From Dehalococcoidia bacterium (GTDB lineage Bacteria; Chloroflexota; Dehalococcoidia; SHYB01), in assembly GCA_965219875.1 (NCBI GenBank), contig CBDCOW010000001.1, forward strand, positions 604,062 to 668,061: a stretch of 64,000 nucleotides of DNA, in the 5' to 3' direction. The notes under the pieces were generated by a model. The model made no database searches and was not told the DNA's origin. It saw only the letters and a list, made by a program, of their open reading frames with translations. Below, piece by piece: positions 51,292 to 62,239 of this stretch. The number at the start of each line of letters is the position of its first letter. Position 1 is the stretch's first letter. Made by a program: the position numbers and the translations under genes.

Positions 51292-52704
51292 GTGCTCGAA
51301 AGTCTGAAGGAGAGTTGCGGCGTCTTCGGCGTCTACGCCCCTGGCGAAGACGTATCCCGTATCACCTTCTTCGGCATCTACGCTCTCCAGCACCGCGGGC
51401 AGGAGAGCGCGGGCATCGCGACCGGCGACGGTTCGCGCCTCCACCTGCACACCCGCATGGGGCTGGTGAACCAGGCGTTCGAGGAGCACGACCTCGAGCG
51501 CCTCACCGGCCACCTTGCCATCGGGCACACCCGCTACTCGACGACCGGCTCGAGCCGGGCGCACAACGCGCAGCCCTTGCTCGTCAAAGGGCCGTGGGGA
51601 CCGTTGGCCCTGGCCCACAACGGGAACGTCGTCAACGCCCTCGAGCTGCGGCGCGGCCTCGAAAAGGAAGGCATCGTCTTCCAGACGGCGACCGACTCCG
51701 AGGTGATCGCGTGGCTGATCGCCACCGCCCCCGGCCATGATTGGCAGGAGCGCGTCCGCTACGCCATGGGACGCCTTCGCGGGGCGTACAGCCTCGCCAT
51801 CGCCACGCCCGATGCCTTGATCGCCTGCCGCGACCCCTTGGGCGTGCGGCCCCTGTGCTTCGGGCGGTACAAGGATGGCTGGGTCGTCGCATCTGAGACG
51901 TGCGCCCTCGACCACTTGGGCGCCGAGCTAGAGCGGGAGATCCATCCAGGCGAGGCGCTGGTGATCGACGGGGACGGGCTCCACCTGTGGCAGGCGGCCC
52001 CGAGCAAGAAGCGCGCCTCCTGCGTCTTCGAGAACATCTACTTTTCCCGCCCCGACAGCATGGCCGGCGAGGCGCTGATCTACCAGCAACGCGAAGCGAT
52101 GGGCGCGGAGCTTGCCAGGGAGCATCCCGTCGAGGCCGACTTGGTGACCGGCGTCCCCGACTCCGCCACCGCCGCCGGCTTCGGCTACGCCCGCGAGTCC
52201 GGCATCCCCTACAGCGACATCTTGGTGAAGAACCGGTACGTGGGGCGGACCTTCATCCAGCCCGATCAGGGGCTGCGCGATCGCGGCGTCGCGCTCAAGT
52301 TCAACCCCTTGCCGGAGGTGGTGCGCGGCAAGCGTATCGTCCTCGTCGACGACAGCATCGTGCGCGGCACGACGACGCCGCATGTGGTGAACCTGGTGAG
52401 GCGCTCCGGCGCCTCCGAGGTGCACGTGCGCGTCTGCGCCCCGCCCATCCGCTGGCCGTGTCACTTCGGAGTCGACATGGCTACGAGGGGCGAGCTGATC
52501 GCCGCGAAGACGTCGGTCGAGCAGATACGCCGGATCATCGGCGCCGACTCGCTGGGCTACCTCAGCGTCGAGGGGCTCTCCAAGGTCGTCGAGGGCGACG
52601 GCGCGACGTCCAACGGCTCGCGCTTCTGTAAGGCCTGTTTCACCGGCAAGTACCCCATCCCCGTCCAGCTTGAGCTCGACAAGTTCGCGCTGGAAACGGT
52701 GTAG
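51292..52704 (+). CDS. purF: Amidophosphoribosyltransferase
   Basis: ESCGVFG, LQHRGQE, GHTRYST, VDDSIVRGTT. Confidence 0.97.
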   Translation: MLESLKESCGVFGVYAPGEDVSRITFFGIYALQHRGQESAGIATGDGSRLHLHTRMGLVNQAFEEHDLERLTGHLAIGHTRYSTTGSSRAHNAQPLLVKGPWGPLALAHNGNVVNALELRRGLEKEGIVFQTATDSEVIAWLIATAPGHDWQERVRYAMGRLRGAYSLAIATPDALIACRDPLGVRPLCFGRYKDGWVVASETCALDHLGAELEREIHPGEALVIDGDGLHLWQAAPSKKRASCVFENIYFSRPDSMAGEALIYQQREAMGAELAREHPVEADLVTGVPDSATAAGFGYARESGIPYSDILVKNRYVGRTFIQPDQGLRDRGVALKFNPLPEVVRGKRIVLVDDSIVRGTTTPHVVNLVRRSGASEVHVRVCAPPIRWPCHFGVDMATRGELIAAKTSVEQIRRIIGADSLGYLSVEGLSKVVEGDGATSNGSRFCKACFTGKYPIPVQLELDKFALETV

Positions 52705-52710
52705 CCGGCG

Positions 52711-53751
52711 ATGGGGAAGGGCTCCGGGAGCGGCGCGGGCGCGCTGACCTACGCCGACGCCGGCGTCGACATCGACGCAGGCGAACGGGCCGCCGCGCTC
52801 ATCAAGCCCCTGGCGGCCTCGACGCGCCGCCCTGAAGTCGTCGGTGGCGTCGGATTCTTCGGCGGCCTCTTCGAGCTCGGCGGCTACGCCAACCCCGTCC
52901 TCGTCTCCAGCACCGACTCCGTGGGCACCAAGGTGCTGCTCGCCATCCAGATGGGCCGTTTCTGCACCATCGGCGTCGACCTGGTGAACCACTGCGTCAA
53001 CGACATTTTCGTCGGCGGCGCGGAGCCCCTCTTCTTCCTCGACTACATCGGCCTGGGCAAGCTCGATCCCGAGCAGGTCGAGCGCCTCGTCATGGGGGTG
53101 GCCTCGGCCTGCCGCGACAACAACTGCGCCCTTGTCGGCGGGGAGACGGCCGAGCTGCCCGGCCTCTATAAGCGCGGCGACTTCGATCTCGTCGGCTTCA
53201 TCGTCGGCGCCGTCGAGCGCGACGGCGTCATCGACGGCAGCGGCATTCAATGCGGCGACGCGATCTTGGGCCTCCCGTCCAGCGGTCTGCATACCAACGG
53301 CTACACCCTGGCGCGGCGCGCCCTGGGCACCGACGACGACCCCCGGCGGCTCGACGAGCGCCACGACGCCCTCGGCGGGACGCTGGGCGAGGCGCTCCTC
53401 GAACCGCACCGCTCCTACGTGAAGCCGTTGGGGCCCGCGCTGGAGTGGATTCGCGGCATGGCGCACATAACCGGCGGCGGCTTGCCCGGCAACGTTCCGC
53501 GCGTCCTTCCCGCCGGACTCGCCGCCCGGTTCGACCGCTCGGCATGGGAGGTCCCCGAGATCTTCCGTATGATTCAGCGGGCGGGCGGTGTTCCCGAAGA
53601 AGAAATGTGGCGCGCCTTCAACATGGGGATCGGCATGGCGGTCTTCACCGCGCCGGAGCACGTGGGCGCGATCCTCGAACGGGTCCCGGAAGCTTTCCCC
53701 ATCGGTGAAGTCGTCGAACAGGGCGGCAGCGAGCGGGTTTTGCTCGACTAG
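52711..53751 (+). CDS. purM: AIR synthetase
   Basis: YADAGVDI, TDSVGTK, GGETAELP, HITGGG, FNMGIG. Confidence 0.97.
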   Translation: MGKGSGSGAGALTYADAGVDIDAGERAAALIKPLAASTRRPEVVGGVGFFGGLFELGGYANPVLVSSTDSVGTKVLLAIQMGRFCTIGVDLVNHCVNDIFVGGAEPLFFLDYIGLGKLDPEQVERLVMGVASACRDNNCALVGGETAELPGLYKRGDFDLVGFIVGAVERDGVIDGSGIQCGDAILGLPSSGLHTNGYTLARRALGTDDDPRRLDERHDALGGTLGEALLEPHRSYVKPLGPALEWIRGMAHITGGGLPGNVPRVLPAGLAARFDRSAWEVPEIFRMIQRAGGVPEEEMWRAFNMGIGMAVFTAPEHVGAILERVPEAFPIGEVVEQGGSERVLLD

Positions 53752-53780
53752 CGCGATACGGGGATGGCCCCCACGGGACC

Positions 53781-53838
53781 GGGCGCCCACAAGGGGCGGC
53801 CACAAGGGACCGGGCGCCCACAAGGGGCGCCCCTACGG
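53781..53838. repeat. GTAG-type REP with internal partial duplication
   Basis: GGGCGCCCACAAGGGGCG repeated, ending CCCTACGG. Confidence 0.8.
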
Positions 53839-53869
53839 GAGAGGCTAGTTTGAGAAGCAGGAGCGTGGC

Positions 53870-55222
53870 GTGAAGGCAATCGTCGGCGTTTGGGATGACC
53901 GTGGACTCTCCGTTTTCCTCGACCGCCTGCGGATGGCCGGCGGGTTCGACGTGGTCCCCGCCGGAAGGGCCGTCGGCGTGAAGGAAATCGAAGGCTCCGG
54001 CCTTGTGGTGATGAACCTCCGTCCCTTCCCCGGCACGGTCGAAGACATCGACATCGGCGGGACGGCGCTCTTACGCGCCGCGGCGAAGCGCTTCGCCGCC
54101 GTCGCCGTAGTCGTCGACCCCGACGACTACCCCTGGGTCGCGGCAGCGCTCACCGGCGGCGGTCTTTCGCTCGGCCAGCGGCGCACGCTGGCACACAAGG
54201 CGTTCCAGCACGTCTCGGCCTACGACGCCTCGGTGGCCGCCTCCCTGCGCGGCGACGAGGACCCCTCCGACCCGACGCTGGGCCCCGACCTCGTTATCGG
54301 GCTGCGGCGGCTCCAAAGCCTCCGCTACGGAGAGAACCCGCATCAGAAGTCGGCGTTCTACCAGGAGCTCCCCGCCCGTGCCGGCGTCATCGCAACGGCG
54401 AGGCAGCTGCACGGCAAGGAGCTCTCCCACAACAACATCATCGACGCCGACGCGGCCTGGTCCGTCGCGCGCGACTTCGATGAGCAGACCTTCGCCATCG
54501 TCAAGCACACCAATCCCTGCGGTCTCGCCGCACGCACCGATCAGGCCGAGGCCTACCGGCTCGCCTTCGCCGGCGACCCCGTCTCCGCCTTCGGCGGGAT
54601 CGCCGCCTGCAACCGCGAGCTGACCCTCGCCGCCGCCGAGGAGATGCGCAAGATCTTCTTCGAGATCGTCATCGCCCCAGCGTTCCAGGCCGATGCGTTG
54701 GCGCTGCTGCGGAAGAAGCGCGATCTACGCATCCTGGAAATCAGCGGGGGCGCGGACGGCCCGCCGCCGCTCGACTACCGTCGCGTGTCGGGCGGCATGC
54801 TGGTGCAGACCCCCGACGAACTCGCCGAAAACCCGAAGTCGTGGCGGGTCGTGACCGGCCGCGTCCCCTCCTCCGACGAGCTCGCCGAGCTCGCCTTCGC
54901 GTGGAGGGCGGTGAAGCACGTCAAGTCCAACGCCATCGTCCTCACCAAGGAGCGGGCGCTGCGCGGCATGGGCGCGGGCCAGCCCAACCGGGTGACGAGC
55001 GTGCAACTCGCGCTGCGGGCCGCCGGCGACGAGGCCAAGGGATGCGTGGTGGCGTCCGACGCCTTCTTCCCCTTCGCCGACGGGGTCGAAGCCGCCGCCG
55101 AGGGCGGCGTCACCGCGATCGTCCAGCCGGGCGGCTCCATCCGCGACGAAGAGGTCATCGCCGCCGCCGACGCGGCGGGCCTCGCGATGGTCTTCACCGG
55201 CACGCGCCACTTCAAGCATTAG
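53870..55222 (+). CDS. purH: PurH: intact AICAR transformylase, shortened IMP cyclohydrolase domain
   Basis: LRYGENPHQ, KHTNPCG, VKSNAI, SDAFFPF, RHFKH; N-terminus lacks STGGT and RVKTLHP. Confidence 0.9.
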   Translation: MKAIVGVWDDRGLSVFLDRLRMAGGFDVVPAGRAVGVKEIEGSGLVVMNLRPFPGTVEDIDIGGTALLRAAAKRFAAVAVVVDPDDYPWVAAALTGGGLSLGQRRTLAHKAFQHVSAYDASVAASLRGDEDPSDPTLGPDLVIGLRRLQSLRYGENPHQKSAFYQELPARAGVIATARQLHGKELSHNNIIDADAAWSVARDFDEQTFAIVKHTNPCGLAARTDQAEAYRLAFAGDPVSAFGGIAACNRELTLAAAEEMRKIFFEIVIAPAFQADALALLRKKRDLRILEISGGADGPPPLDYRRVSGGMLVQTPDELAENPKSWRVVTGRVPSSDELAELAFAWRAVKHVKSNAIVLTKERALRGMGAGQPNRVTSVQLALRAAGDEAKGCVVASDAFFPFADGVEAAAEGGVTAIVQPGGSIRDEEVIAAADAAGLAMVFTGTRHFKH

Positions 55223-55240
55223 CCGGAGTGGTGGGGCGCG

Positions 55241-55642
55241 TCAGCGGAAAGCGAGTTGCGGGGGCCGGTGCTCGAGGATGCTCTTGATGTAGTTCATCAA
55301 GAGGCTCAAGTAGTCCGAGAAACGGTCGTGTTTCTTGAACCGCTTGAGGATCGTGGGCTTGACCCGTTCCCAGCCCACCGCCATCTCGGGGAATTTCACG
55401 AGGAAGACCTTCTCGAAGTCTTCTATCTCGACTCCCACGACTTCGCCGGTCTCGGGATCGAAGCGAATCCACACGTAGCCGGCGACGTCGAGGGACACCG
55501 CAGGCCGCTTCGGGGTCTCATGGATGAACAGCACGTCCCGCCCCTTGTCGTAGGAATAGGAAAAGCCTGCGTAGTCTTGCTTCCAGCGAAGCCTTGGGAC
55601 CGGGGGAGACAAATTGGGCTGATCGTCTAGCGCCTTGACCAT
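55241..55642 (-). CDS. DUF2283-like putative antitoxin
   Basis: YSYDKGRDVLFI...GEVVGVEIEDF. Confidence 0.7.
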   Translation of the reverse strand: MVKALDDQPNLSPPVPRLRWKQDYAGFSYSYDKGRDVLFIHETPKRPAVSLDVAGYVWIRFDPETGEVVGVEIEDFEKVFLVKFPEMAVGWERVKPTILKRFKKHDRFSDYLSLLMNYIKSILEHRPPQLAFR

Positions 55643-55971
55643 AGCAGCATGTCTCCGTGTTTGATATTGGCAGTCAAATACGACGTAATGAGCGTGCCTG
55701 TTGCGGTTTGCCCGGAGCCTCGATACCCAACAACTACCAAAAGGTAGTACTGCTGGAGTGGTGGTGGAAGGACGTGAGGGCGGTAGTAGAGCCTCCTGTT
55801 CGCAAAACGACCGCTTTGGTAGACGTAGAGAGGGTCTCTGAGGGCCGTGCAAACAGCGGCCTCATGGCCCTGCATCTCAGGGTGTTCTTCAACAACGTGC
55901 CGTTCCCACGTCTCCCTGTCGCATCTAACCGTGCATCCTTCTCGGTCCGTGCACCGAAATGCGTCTGGCAT
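55627..55971 (-). CDS. Putative RelE/BECR-fold toxin
   Basis: WERHVVEEHPEM..L.DP..YY..LVVV..LITSY; overlaps the DUF2283 gene. Confidence 0.65.
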   Translation of the reverse strand: MPDAFRCTDREGCTVRCDRETWERHVVEEHPEMQGHEAAVCTALRDPLYVYQSGRFANRRLYYRPHVLPPPLQQYYLLVVVGYRGSGQTATGTLITSYLTANIKHGDMLLWSRR

Positions 55972-56041
55972 CGACAGTTTTTACCCTGCGACGCCACTAT
56001 AGCAGATGCAATAGAGATTTCTCAAAGACGGGAGGAGGGCC

Positions 56042-57055
<1,014 letters not shown>

Positions 57056-57170
57056 AACGCCTCCAAGTTTGCGCCGCCGGCCCACGGGCCCATTCCGGCT
57101 TGCCTAACCGGGCTCTAACTCTATCATAATGGGGGCGTTCGTCCGGCCTGGGCGGGCTCTCTCGGGGATG

Positions 57171-57237
57171 GGGCGATTCGCGTATCGCCCCTACGGGAGG
57201 CCGGAGGGGAGGGCGCCCACAAGGGACGCCCCTACGG
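57171..57237. repeat. Two GTAG-type REP hairpins
   Basis: GGGCGATTCGCGTATCGCCCCTACGG; GGGCGCCCACAAGGGACGCCCCTACGG. Confidence 0.8.
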
Positions 57238-57265
57238 GAAGGGAACTATCCGGAAAGGACCGCTC

Positions 57266-58447
57266 ATGGCTACCACTCTCGCCGATGAGGCCGCCGCTCT
57301 TGCCCCGCAGATCGTGGCTCTCCGCCGCGACCTCCACGCGCACCCCGAGCTTGCCTTTAAGGAGACGCGCACCGCTGGGATAGTGGCGGAGCGGCTCGAA
57401 GCCCTGGGCCTTGAGGTGCGGACCGGTGTGGGGCAGACCGGCGTCGTCGGGCTGCTGCGCGGCGCGCGGCCGGGCAAGACGGTCGCCCTCCGGGCGGACA
57501 TCGACGCTCTCCCCATCGAGGAAACGAACGACGCCGGCTACCGGTCGGTCAATCCGGGCGTGATGCATGCCTGAGGGCACGACGGCCACACCGCGGCGGT
57601 CTTAGCCGCGGCCGAAATGCTCGCCCGCCGCCGCGACACCCTGGCGGGTAACGTCAAATTCATCTTCCAGCCCGCCGAGGAGATGGCCGCCGGGGCACCG
57701 GCGATGATCGAGGACGGCGTCCTCGAAGACCCGGCGGTCGACGCCATCTTCGCCTTCCACCTGTGGAACTTCCTGCCCGCCGGCGCCGTCGGGCTGCGCG
57801 CGGGGCCCATCTGGGCCTCCGTGGATCGTCTGCGGATCAAGATCATGGGTCGCGGCGGTCACGCCGCGACCCCGCATCAGACCATCGACCCCATCCCCAC
57901 GGCCTCCCAGGTCGTCCTCGCGCTGCAGACCCTGGTGAGCCGCGAGTCGCGCCTCGGGAGCCCCGCCGTCCTGAGCGTCACGTCGCTCCAGGCGGGGACG
58001 ACGTGGAACGTCATACCCGGCGAGGCGGTGCTTCAGGGCACCCTGCGGACCTTCGACCACGCCCAGCGCGACGTGCTGGTCGAGCGCGCCGAGGACATCG
58101 TGCGCGGCATCTGCCTCGCCGCGCGGGCGGAGTACGAGTTCACGTCGGAGTACCTCGCGCCGCCCGTGGTGAACGACGAAGCGATGACCGAGCTGGTGCG
58201 CGGCGTTGCCGCCCGCGAGCTTGGCCCCGAGTGCGTTGCCTCGGTCGAACAGGCAGCGCTCGGCGACGACATGGCCTTCTTCCTCGACCGCGTCCCGGGC
58301 TGCTACATCATGATGGGATCGCGCAACGAGGCCCGCGGCCTCACCCAAGGCCACCACAACGCCGCCTTCGACTTCGACGAGTCCGTCCTGCCCACGGCGG
58401 CGCGCCTCCTCGCCGCCACGGCGCTCGACTCCCTCGGCGAGTCTTAG
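57266..58447 (+). CDS. M20D amidohydrolase with in-frame TGA (candidate selenocysteine) at 57572-57574
   Basis: HPEL, RADIDALP, MHA*GHDGH, FQPAEE, GRGGHA, HHN..FDFDE all in one frame; 393 aa if read through. Confidence 0.85.
57575..57614 (+). promoter_or_regulatory. Candidate bacterial SECIS hairpin
   Basis: CCGCGGC-GGTCTTA-GCCGCGG (57591-57611); loop begins after 23 nt following the TGA. Confidence 0.6.
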
Positions 58448-58551
58448 CCACGGCTAGTCGAGACCAAGCTCCTTGCCCCAATGGGGCCGCGGCTACGTTG
58501 ACGCCGGCGCACCCCTCCCAGGCCCCCGCCCTCACCCCTGCCTCTCCCGTG

Positions 58552-58899
58552 GGAGACCTTTGCGTAACCGGGGTCGAGGAGGGAGAAGCGCCCTGTCGGG
58601 CGCTCGCGCGCCTAGCGGCGCGCGCCCTCTCTCAAATCTCCCCCAGAGGGGGAGAGGCCGGAGGGGAGGGCGACCACAAGGGTCGCCCCTACGGGAGGGA
58701 TGGATTCCCGCTTTCGCGGGAATGACGGATATGGTCAGGTTACGCAAGGGTCTCCAGCGGGAGAGGGGGCAGACCGCCCCGCGCCACCCGTTTTCCGGCT
58801 CACCGGCGGGTTACGCAGAGGTCTCCGGAGGGAGGGCGCCCACAAGGGACGCCCCTACGGGCTGCGCTGTTGCGCGGCGCTGGTTGTTGCAAAGGTCTC
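58552..58899. mobile_element. IS5-ended MITE (58552-58755) containing REPs, plus extra IS ends and REPs
   Basis: GGAGACCTTTGCGTAAC ... GTTACGCAAGGGTCTCC; further right ends at 58826 and 58899. Confidence 0.78.
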
Positions 58900-58960
58900 A
58901 TTTCATTCTGGTATCGTAACCGTGCGCCTTCGGGCCCCGCCGCGCTGAGAGAGAGCCGCT

Positions 58961-60310
58961 CTGCCCACCCCGTTCAAGTCCAACCCGCGCAGGTCCCGGC
59001 CTCGCGCCGCTAGGCCGCTCCGGCCCGCGCAGCCCAAGCTCTACCGGGGCTGGATCATCGTCGCCGTCGGCTTCGTCGTCGCGTTTAGCTCGGGGCCGGG
59101 ACAGTCGTTCGGGATCTCGTCGTTCATCGACCCGATCATCGAAGACACCGGCATCTCCCGCACCACGATCTCGCTGCTGTTCGCGATCAGCACGGGGGTG
59201 AGCGCGGTGATGGCGGCGACGGTAAGCCGCCTGTCCGACCGGTACGGCGCGCGGCGCATCCTTGTGCTGGTGGCCGCCGCGCTGGGGACCGCTTGCTTCG
59301 GCATGGCGCTGTCGTCGGGGATCGTGGGCTTCTTCTTCGCTCTGGCCGCGCTGCGGGCGCTGGGGCAGGGGTCGATGTTCGTCAACTCGACGCTGCTAGT
59401 GGCGCAGTGGTTCGTGGCCAAGCGGGGCCGCGCCATCGCGCTCATGTCGCTGGGCTTCTCCGCCTCGAACGCGGTAGTCCCGGTGGTGTCGCGGGCGCTC
59501 ATCGAAAGCGTGGGCTGGCGGGAGACCTACTACGTGCTCGGCATCGCGGTGTGGGTCCTGGTGATTCCCGCCACGCTGCTCTTCGTCCGCAACACGCCCG
59601 AGGAGGTCGGGCTCCACCCTGACGGCGCGAACGGACCACCCCCCGGAGAACCGTCACCGGCGGAGCGGGACGAAGGCCCCGACCGGCGCAGGGTCTTCAC
59701 CTCGCCCGCCTTCTGGCGGCTCGCGCTGCCCCTGGCCGTCCCCGCGTTCGTGGTGACCGGGCTGATCTTTCACCAGACCTCCATCTTCAAGGAGCGCGGC
59801 TTGAGCGAGGCCGTTGCCGCGGGCGTCTTCGTGGCGTTCGCCATCTCCTCCGCGTCCGGCACGGGCGTCGGCGGCTTCCTGATCGAACGCATCGGCCCGG
59901 CGCGGCTCTTCTCCCTGGCCATGGCGGTGATGGCGGCCGCGGTCACGCTGGGGCTGTTCATGTCGTCGCCGGTGGCCGCGGCGGGCTACGCGGCGCTGCT
60001 GGGGGTATCGGCCGGCATGGCGCAGATCGTCATGGGGGTGATCTGGGCCCACTTCTACGGACGCCACCGGCTGGGGCGGGTGCAGGGATCGGCGGTGATG
60101 ATCATGATCTCCGCGGCGGCCCTCGGGCCGCTGCCCCTCGCCGCTCTCCAGGCCCTGTTCGACAGCTTCCGCATCGCCGTCATTGTGATGGCGGTCATGC
60201 CGGCGCTCGCGATCGCGGCGATCACCCTGGCGCGTCCCAACGCCGCCGCCTTCGCCGAGGAGGCGCGGGGCGCTGGGGAAGGAGAGGAAAGACGCCCCGC
60301 CGAGGGGTGA
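58961..60310 (+). CDS. MFS transporter, probable CTG start
   Basis: YRGWIIV..GPGQSFG lies upstream of the first GTG; RLSDRYGAR motif A; WFVAKRGRA. Confidence 0.85.
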   Translation: MPTPFKSNPRRSRPRAARPLRPAQPKLYRGWIIVAVGFVVAFSSGPGQSFGISSFIDPIIEDTGISRTTISLLFAISTGVSAVMAATVSRLSDRYGARRILVLVAAALGTACFGMALSSGIVGFFFALAALRALGQGSMFVNSTLLVAQWFVAKRGRAIALMSLGFSASNAVVPVVSRALIESVGWRETYYVLGIAVWVLVIPATLLFVRNTPEEVGLHPDGANGPPPGEPSPAERDEGPDRRRVFTSPAFWRLALPLAVPAFVVTGLIFHQTSIFKERGLSEAVAAGVFVAFAISSASGTGVGGFLIERIGPARLFSLAMAVMAAAVTLGLFMSSPVAAAGYAALLGVSAGMAQIVMGVIWAHFYGRHRLGRVQGSAVMIMISAAALGPLPLAALQALFDSFRIAVIVMAVMPALAIAAITLARPNAAAFAEEARGAGEGEERRPAEG

Positions 60311-60366
60311 CGCGGGGCGCGAAAGCGGGTACCTTGACCCCCGACGCGCCTAGAGGAGGGAACGCC

Positions 60367-60816
60367 ATGCTCGACGCACAGGAAGTTGCCGACGGCGTTG
60401 AAATCAGCGGGCTGCTGACCCGCTATTGCACCGCCATCGACTCGAAGCGCTTCGACCTACTCGACGACGTGTTCGCCGAGGACGCCATGATCGACTACAA
60501 CTCCTCCGCGCCCGACGTGCGGGGGACGCGGGCCGAGATGAAGCAGTGGCTCTCCGAGGTGCTGGCCTTCTTCCCCGTGACGCAGCACCTCGTCAGCAAC
60601 ACCGAGTTCGAGATCGACGGCGACCGCGCCTCGACCCGCACCATGTTCTTCAATCCGATGGGCTGGCTGGACGAGGCCGGCGAGTTGCAGCTCTTCTTCG
60701 TCGGCGGCTACTACGAGGACAAGTTCGTGCGCACCGAGGCCGGTTGGCGCATCACCGAACGCGTCGAGCAAGCGTCGTGGTCGAAGGGCACGATGCCGAC
60801 CGCCCTGCCGTCCTAA
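60367..60816 (+). CDS. SnoaL/NTF2-like protein
   Basis: RYCTAID, TQHLVSN, GGYYEDKFVRTEAGWRI. Confidence 0.88.
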   Translation: MLDAQEVADGVEISGLLTRYCTAIDSKRFDLLDDVFAEDAMIDYNSSAPDVRGTRAEMKQWLSEVLAFFPVTQHLVSNTEFEIDGDRASTRTMFFNPMGWLDEAGELQLFFVGGYYEDKFVRTEAGWRITERVEQASWSKGTMPTALPS

Positions 60817-60821
60817 CCGCC

Positions 60822-61967
60822 ATGTCCGACGTCACGGTCCAAGGACACGCCGACGCGCGCTTTCGCGCCGTCGCCGACGCCTTCGCCGCCAATTTCGACC
60901 AGGAAGGGTCCGGCCCCGCCGAGTGCGGCGTGGCCCTGGCCGTCTACCTCGAAGGCGAGCTTGTCGTCGATCTTTGGGGCGGGTACGCCGACAGGGAACG
61001 CTCGCGCCCGTGGGAGCGCGACACCATCGTCTGCGTCATGTCCACGACGAAGGGCGCGGCGTCGCTGTGCGCGCACCGGCTCGCCGACGAGGGCAAGCTC
61101 GACTTCGACGCGCCGGTGGCCCGCTACTGGCCCGAGTTCGCCGCCGGCGGCAAGGCGTCCATCCCTGTCCACATGCTGTTGAGCCACCGGTCCGGCCTCG
61201 CCGCGGTGCGCGAGCCGCTCCCCGCCGAAGCGCTGTTCGACTGGGAGGCGATGACGGAGGCCCTCGCCAGGGCCGAGCCGTGGTGGGAGCCGGGGACGAT
61301 GCACGGCTACCACGCCTTCACCTTCGGCTGGCTCGTCGGGGAACTCGTGCGCCGGATCGACGGGCGCGGCCTGGGGACCTACTTCCGCGACGAGATCGCC
61401 GGCCCGTTGGGCCTCGATTGGCTGATCGGCTTCGGCCCCGAGCACGACGGCCGCGTCGCCCAGGTCCTCTCGCCACCCTACAACCCCAACGTCGCGCGCC
61501 CCGATCCCGAATCGCTCGCGGGCAAGGCGGTGGGGAACCCGCCGGGTATCTTCAGAATGCTGAACACGCGGGAGTGGCGCGCCGCGGAGATTCCCGCCGC
61601 CAACGGCCACACCAACGCCCGCGCCACGGCGCGGATGTACGCGGCCTTGGCCCAGGGCGGCGAGCTTGACGGCGTCCGTGTCGTGAGCCAGGAGGCCATC
61701 GAGCGCGCCATCGTCGAGCGCTCCGACGGCGTCGAGGCGACGTTGAGCGGGGAGATGCGGTTCGGCCTCGGCTTCCAACTCAACGGGCCGCCCGTATTGG
61801 GCCCCAATCCCCGCGCCTTCGGGCACGCGGGGTACGGCGGGTCTCTCGGCTTCGCCGACCCCGACGCCCGGCTCGGTTTCGGCTATACCCCGAACCAATA
61901 TCTCGCGGGCCTGGGCGACGACCCCCGCCGCGCCCGGATACTCAGGGCGCTCTACGACGCGCTGTAG
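60822..61967 (+). CDS. Serine hydrolase (beta-lactamase/family VIII esterase)
   Basis: STTK (SxxK), LLSHRSGL, GYH, FGHAGYGGS. Confidence 0.92.
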   Translation: MSDVTVQGHADARFRAVADAFAANFDQEGSGPAECGVALAVYLEGELVVDLWGGYADRERSRPWERDTIVCVMSTTKGAASLCAHRLADEGKLDFDAPVARYWPEFAAGGKASIPVHMLLSHRSGLAAVREPLPAEALFDWEAMTEALARAEPWWEPGTMHGYHAFTFGWLVGELVRRIDGRGLGTYFRDEIAGPLGLDWLIGFGPEHDGRVAQVLSPPYNPNVARPDPESLAGKAVGNPPGIFRMLNTREWRAAEIPAANGHTNARATARMYAALAQGGELDGVRVVSQEAIERAIVERSDGVEATLSGEMRFGLGFQLNGPPVLGPNPRAFGHAGYGGSLGFADPDARLGFGYTPNQYLAGLGDDPRRARILRALYDAL

Positions 61968-61976
61968 CTCCCAAAA

Positions 61977-62150
61977 GGAGACCTTTGCGTAACCTTGGGC
62001 CTTGCCCCACGAGGCCGTTCGGGGGTAGGAACGGGCGATTCGCGAATCGCCCCTACGGAGACCTTGGCGTAACTTGGGGCGAGCAGGGAACAGCGCCCTA
62101 CGGGCGCTCGCGCGCCTGGCGGCGCGCGCCCTCTCTCAATCTCCCCATGA
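61977..62150. repeat. IS5-end/REP cluster
   Basis: GGAGACCTT at 61977 and 62057; GGGCGATTCGCGAATCGCCCCTACGG. Confidence 0.78.
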
Positions 62151-62239
62151 TTGCGAAGCAATCGCAACGGAAAACTGCGGTACTCGTGGGCCGTGGGCCT
62201 GGAGCCGATTGAAGACGGCCACAGATGACGGGACCCCCG

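Noticed and set aside
57572-57574. TGA as Trp/Gly from an alternative genetic code
   Set aside because: TGA terminates many genes in this window and the aligned residue is Cys.
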